64,000 nucleotides of DNA from Candidatus Saccharimonadota bacterium (GTDB taxonomy: Bacteria; Patescibacteriota; Saccharimonadia; Saccharimonadales; UBA4665). Of the stretch, positions 63,587-64,000 are shown in pieces. A model generated the notes under the pieces. That model was not told the DNA's origin and ran no database searches. It was given only the letters and a program-made list of their open reading frames with translations. The translations under genes and the position numbers were made by a program. The stretch spans positions 144,948 through 208,947 of the forward strand of contig JAQGGT010000006.1 in the NCBI GenBank assembly GCA_028289245.1, written 5' to 3'. Numbering within the stretch: position 1 is the stretch's first letter; each line of letters begins with the position of its first letter.

Positions 63587-64000
63587 ATGTCACAGTTTCA
63601 CGAAGCGCAACAGCGAGATCTGATTTTGTTTGTCGGCGGCACTCGCGCGGAGGCCGTGGCTGTGGTGATTGCTTACGAAGCCAAGTATCACAAGTCTATT
63701 AAGGCCCTGTACATGGGTAATACCCGGTCAAAAGATTTTCTGAGCAAAGCCCCCGCCGAACATCGCCGCAAAATTATTGAGCTCCCTCTGGAGTTTCGTA
63801 AGCTGACTGCCGCTAGTATTTCCAAAGCGCTGACACCATACTCCGATCGGCTCCTGACCGCCACCTGTACGCGGGAATACAACATTCGTACCTACAAGAA
63901 GATCATTCCCCACATCCCGTACTTGTTTGCGCCGACCCAGGAATCTCTGGACTGGGCCACTGATAAAGTTGAAATGCGGCAGCGCATTCGTGAAAAAGCC
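63587..64000 (+). CDS. second ATP-grasp-like protein, 5' part only (runs off the window end)
   Basis: The frame is open from ATG 63587 (AAAGGA 5 nt upstream) to the window end: MSQFHEAQQRDLILFVGG...TCTREYNIRTYKKIIPHIPYLFAPTQESLDWATDKVEMRQRIREKA. This is a pre-ATP-grasp-like region ending in the DK..MR motif that usually opens an ATP-grasp fold. A TTGCAA-N17-TATAAT promoter is at 63464-63492. Confidence 0.5.
   Translation, partial: MSQFHEAQQRDLILFVGGTRAEAVAVVIAYEAKYHKSIKALYMGNTRSKDFLSKAPAEHRRKIIELPLEFRKLTAASISKALTPYSDRLLTATCTREYNIRTYKKIIPHIPYLFAPTQESLDWATDKVEMRQRIREKA

Noticed and set aside
1-64000. Search for CRISPR arrays, rRNA genes, IS elements, intact integrases/transposases and reverse transcriptases
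   Set aside because: I saw no regularly spaced direct repeats, no rRNA-like sequence, and no ORF with DDE, tyrosine- or serine-recombinase or RT motifs. The only hint is the short remnant at 1123-1353.

Overview
This 64-kb chromosomal window comes from a small-genome bacterium. It is densely coded, with about 75 CDS, three tRNAs (all anticodon CAU), and no rRNA, CRISPR array or intact transposase/integrase. Gene content suggests a Patescibacteria/CPR organism, possibly Saccharibacteria: a type IV pilin-like cluster, a short HrcA, salvage-only NAD genes, many tiny ORFs and -10 boxes abutting start codons. That taxonomic call is inference and needs a BLAST/GTDB check.

The recognisable backbone includes:
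- cell division and envelope: FtsB/DivIC-like, MurJ, VKOR;
- stress and regulation: a PadR-PspC pair, MarR, TrmB-like;
- transport: MFS, CorA, VIT1, TauE;
- an NAD salvage cluster (pncA, pncB, nadE, Nudix-type regulator NrtR, ADP-ribosylglycohydrolase) with GT-N7-AC palindromes in both divergent promoter regions;
- a tilS-ftsH-murJ-radC-lepA block;
- an hrcA/grpE/dnaK/dnaJ region split into three CIRCE-controlled units.

Accessory or unusual content:
1. An AT-rich islet beside tRNA-fMet carries a translationally coupled pair of unknown function, a 289-aa soluble protein and a 149-aa four-TM protein.
2. A cobalamin-riboswitch-like leader precedes a DUF4430 protein and a membrane protein.
3. An orphan unit of promoter, about 175 nt, and terminator lies upstream of the MFS gene, and several tiny ORFs are scattered through the window.
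4. A gene is split at an A9 tract that forms a dnaX-like A_AAA_AAG slippery site.
5. A high-GC two-gene islet has actinobacterial-type codon usage.
6. A classical AAA ATPase has an unassignable 290-aa N-domain.
7. A baeRF3-like protein sits next to a guanylate-kinase-like protein with a K-to-R Walker A.
8. An S51 (cyanophycinase-family) peptidase is divergent from a stand-alone CphA-G-domain-like ATP-grasp ligase, followed by a second ATP-grasp-like gene.

All functional calls come from motif recognition by eye. No searches were run.
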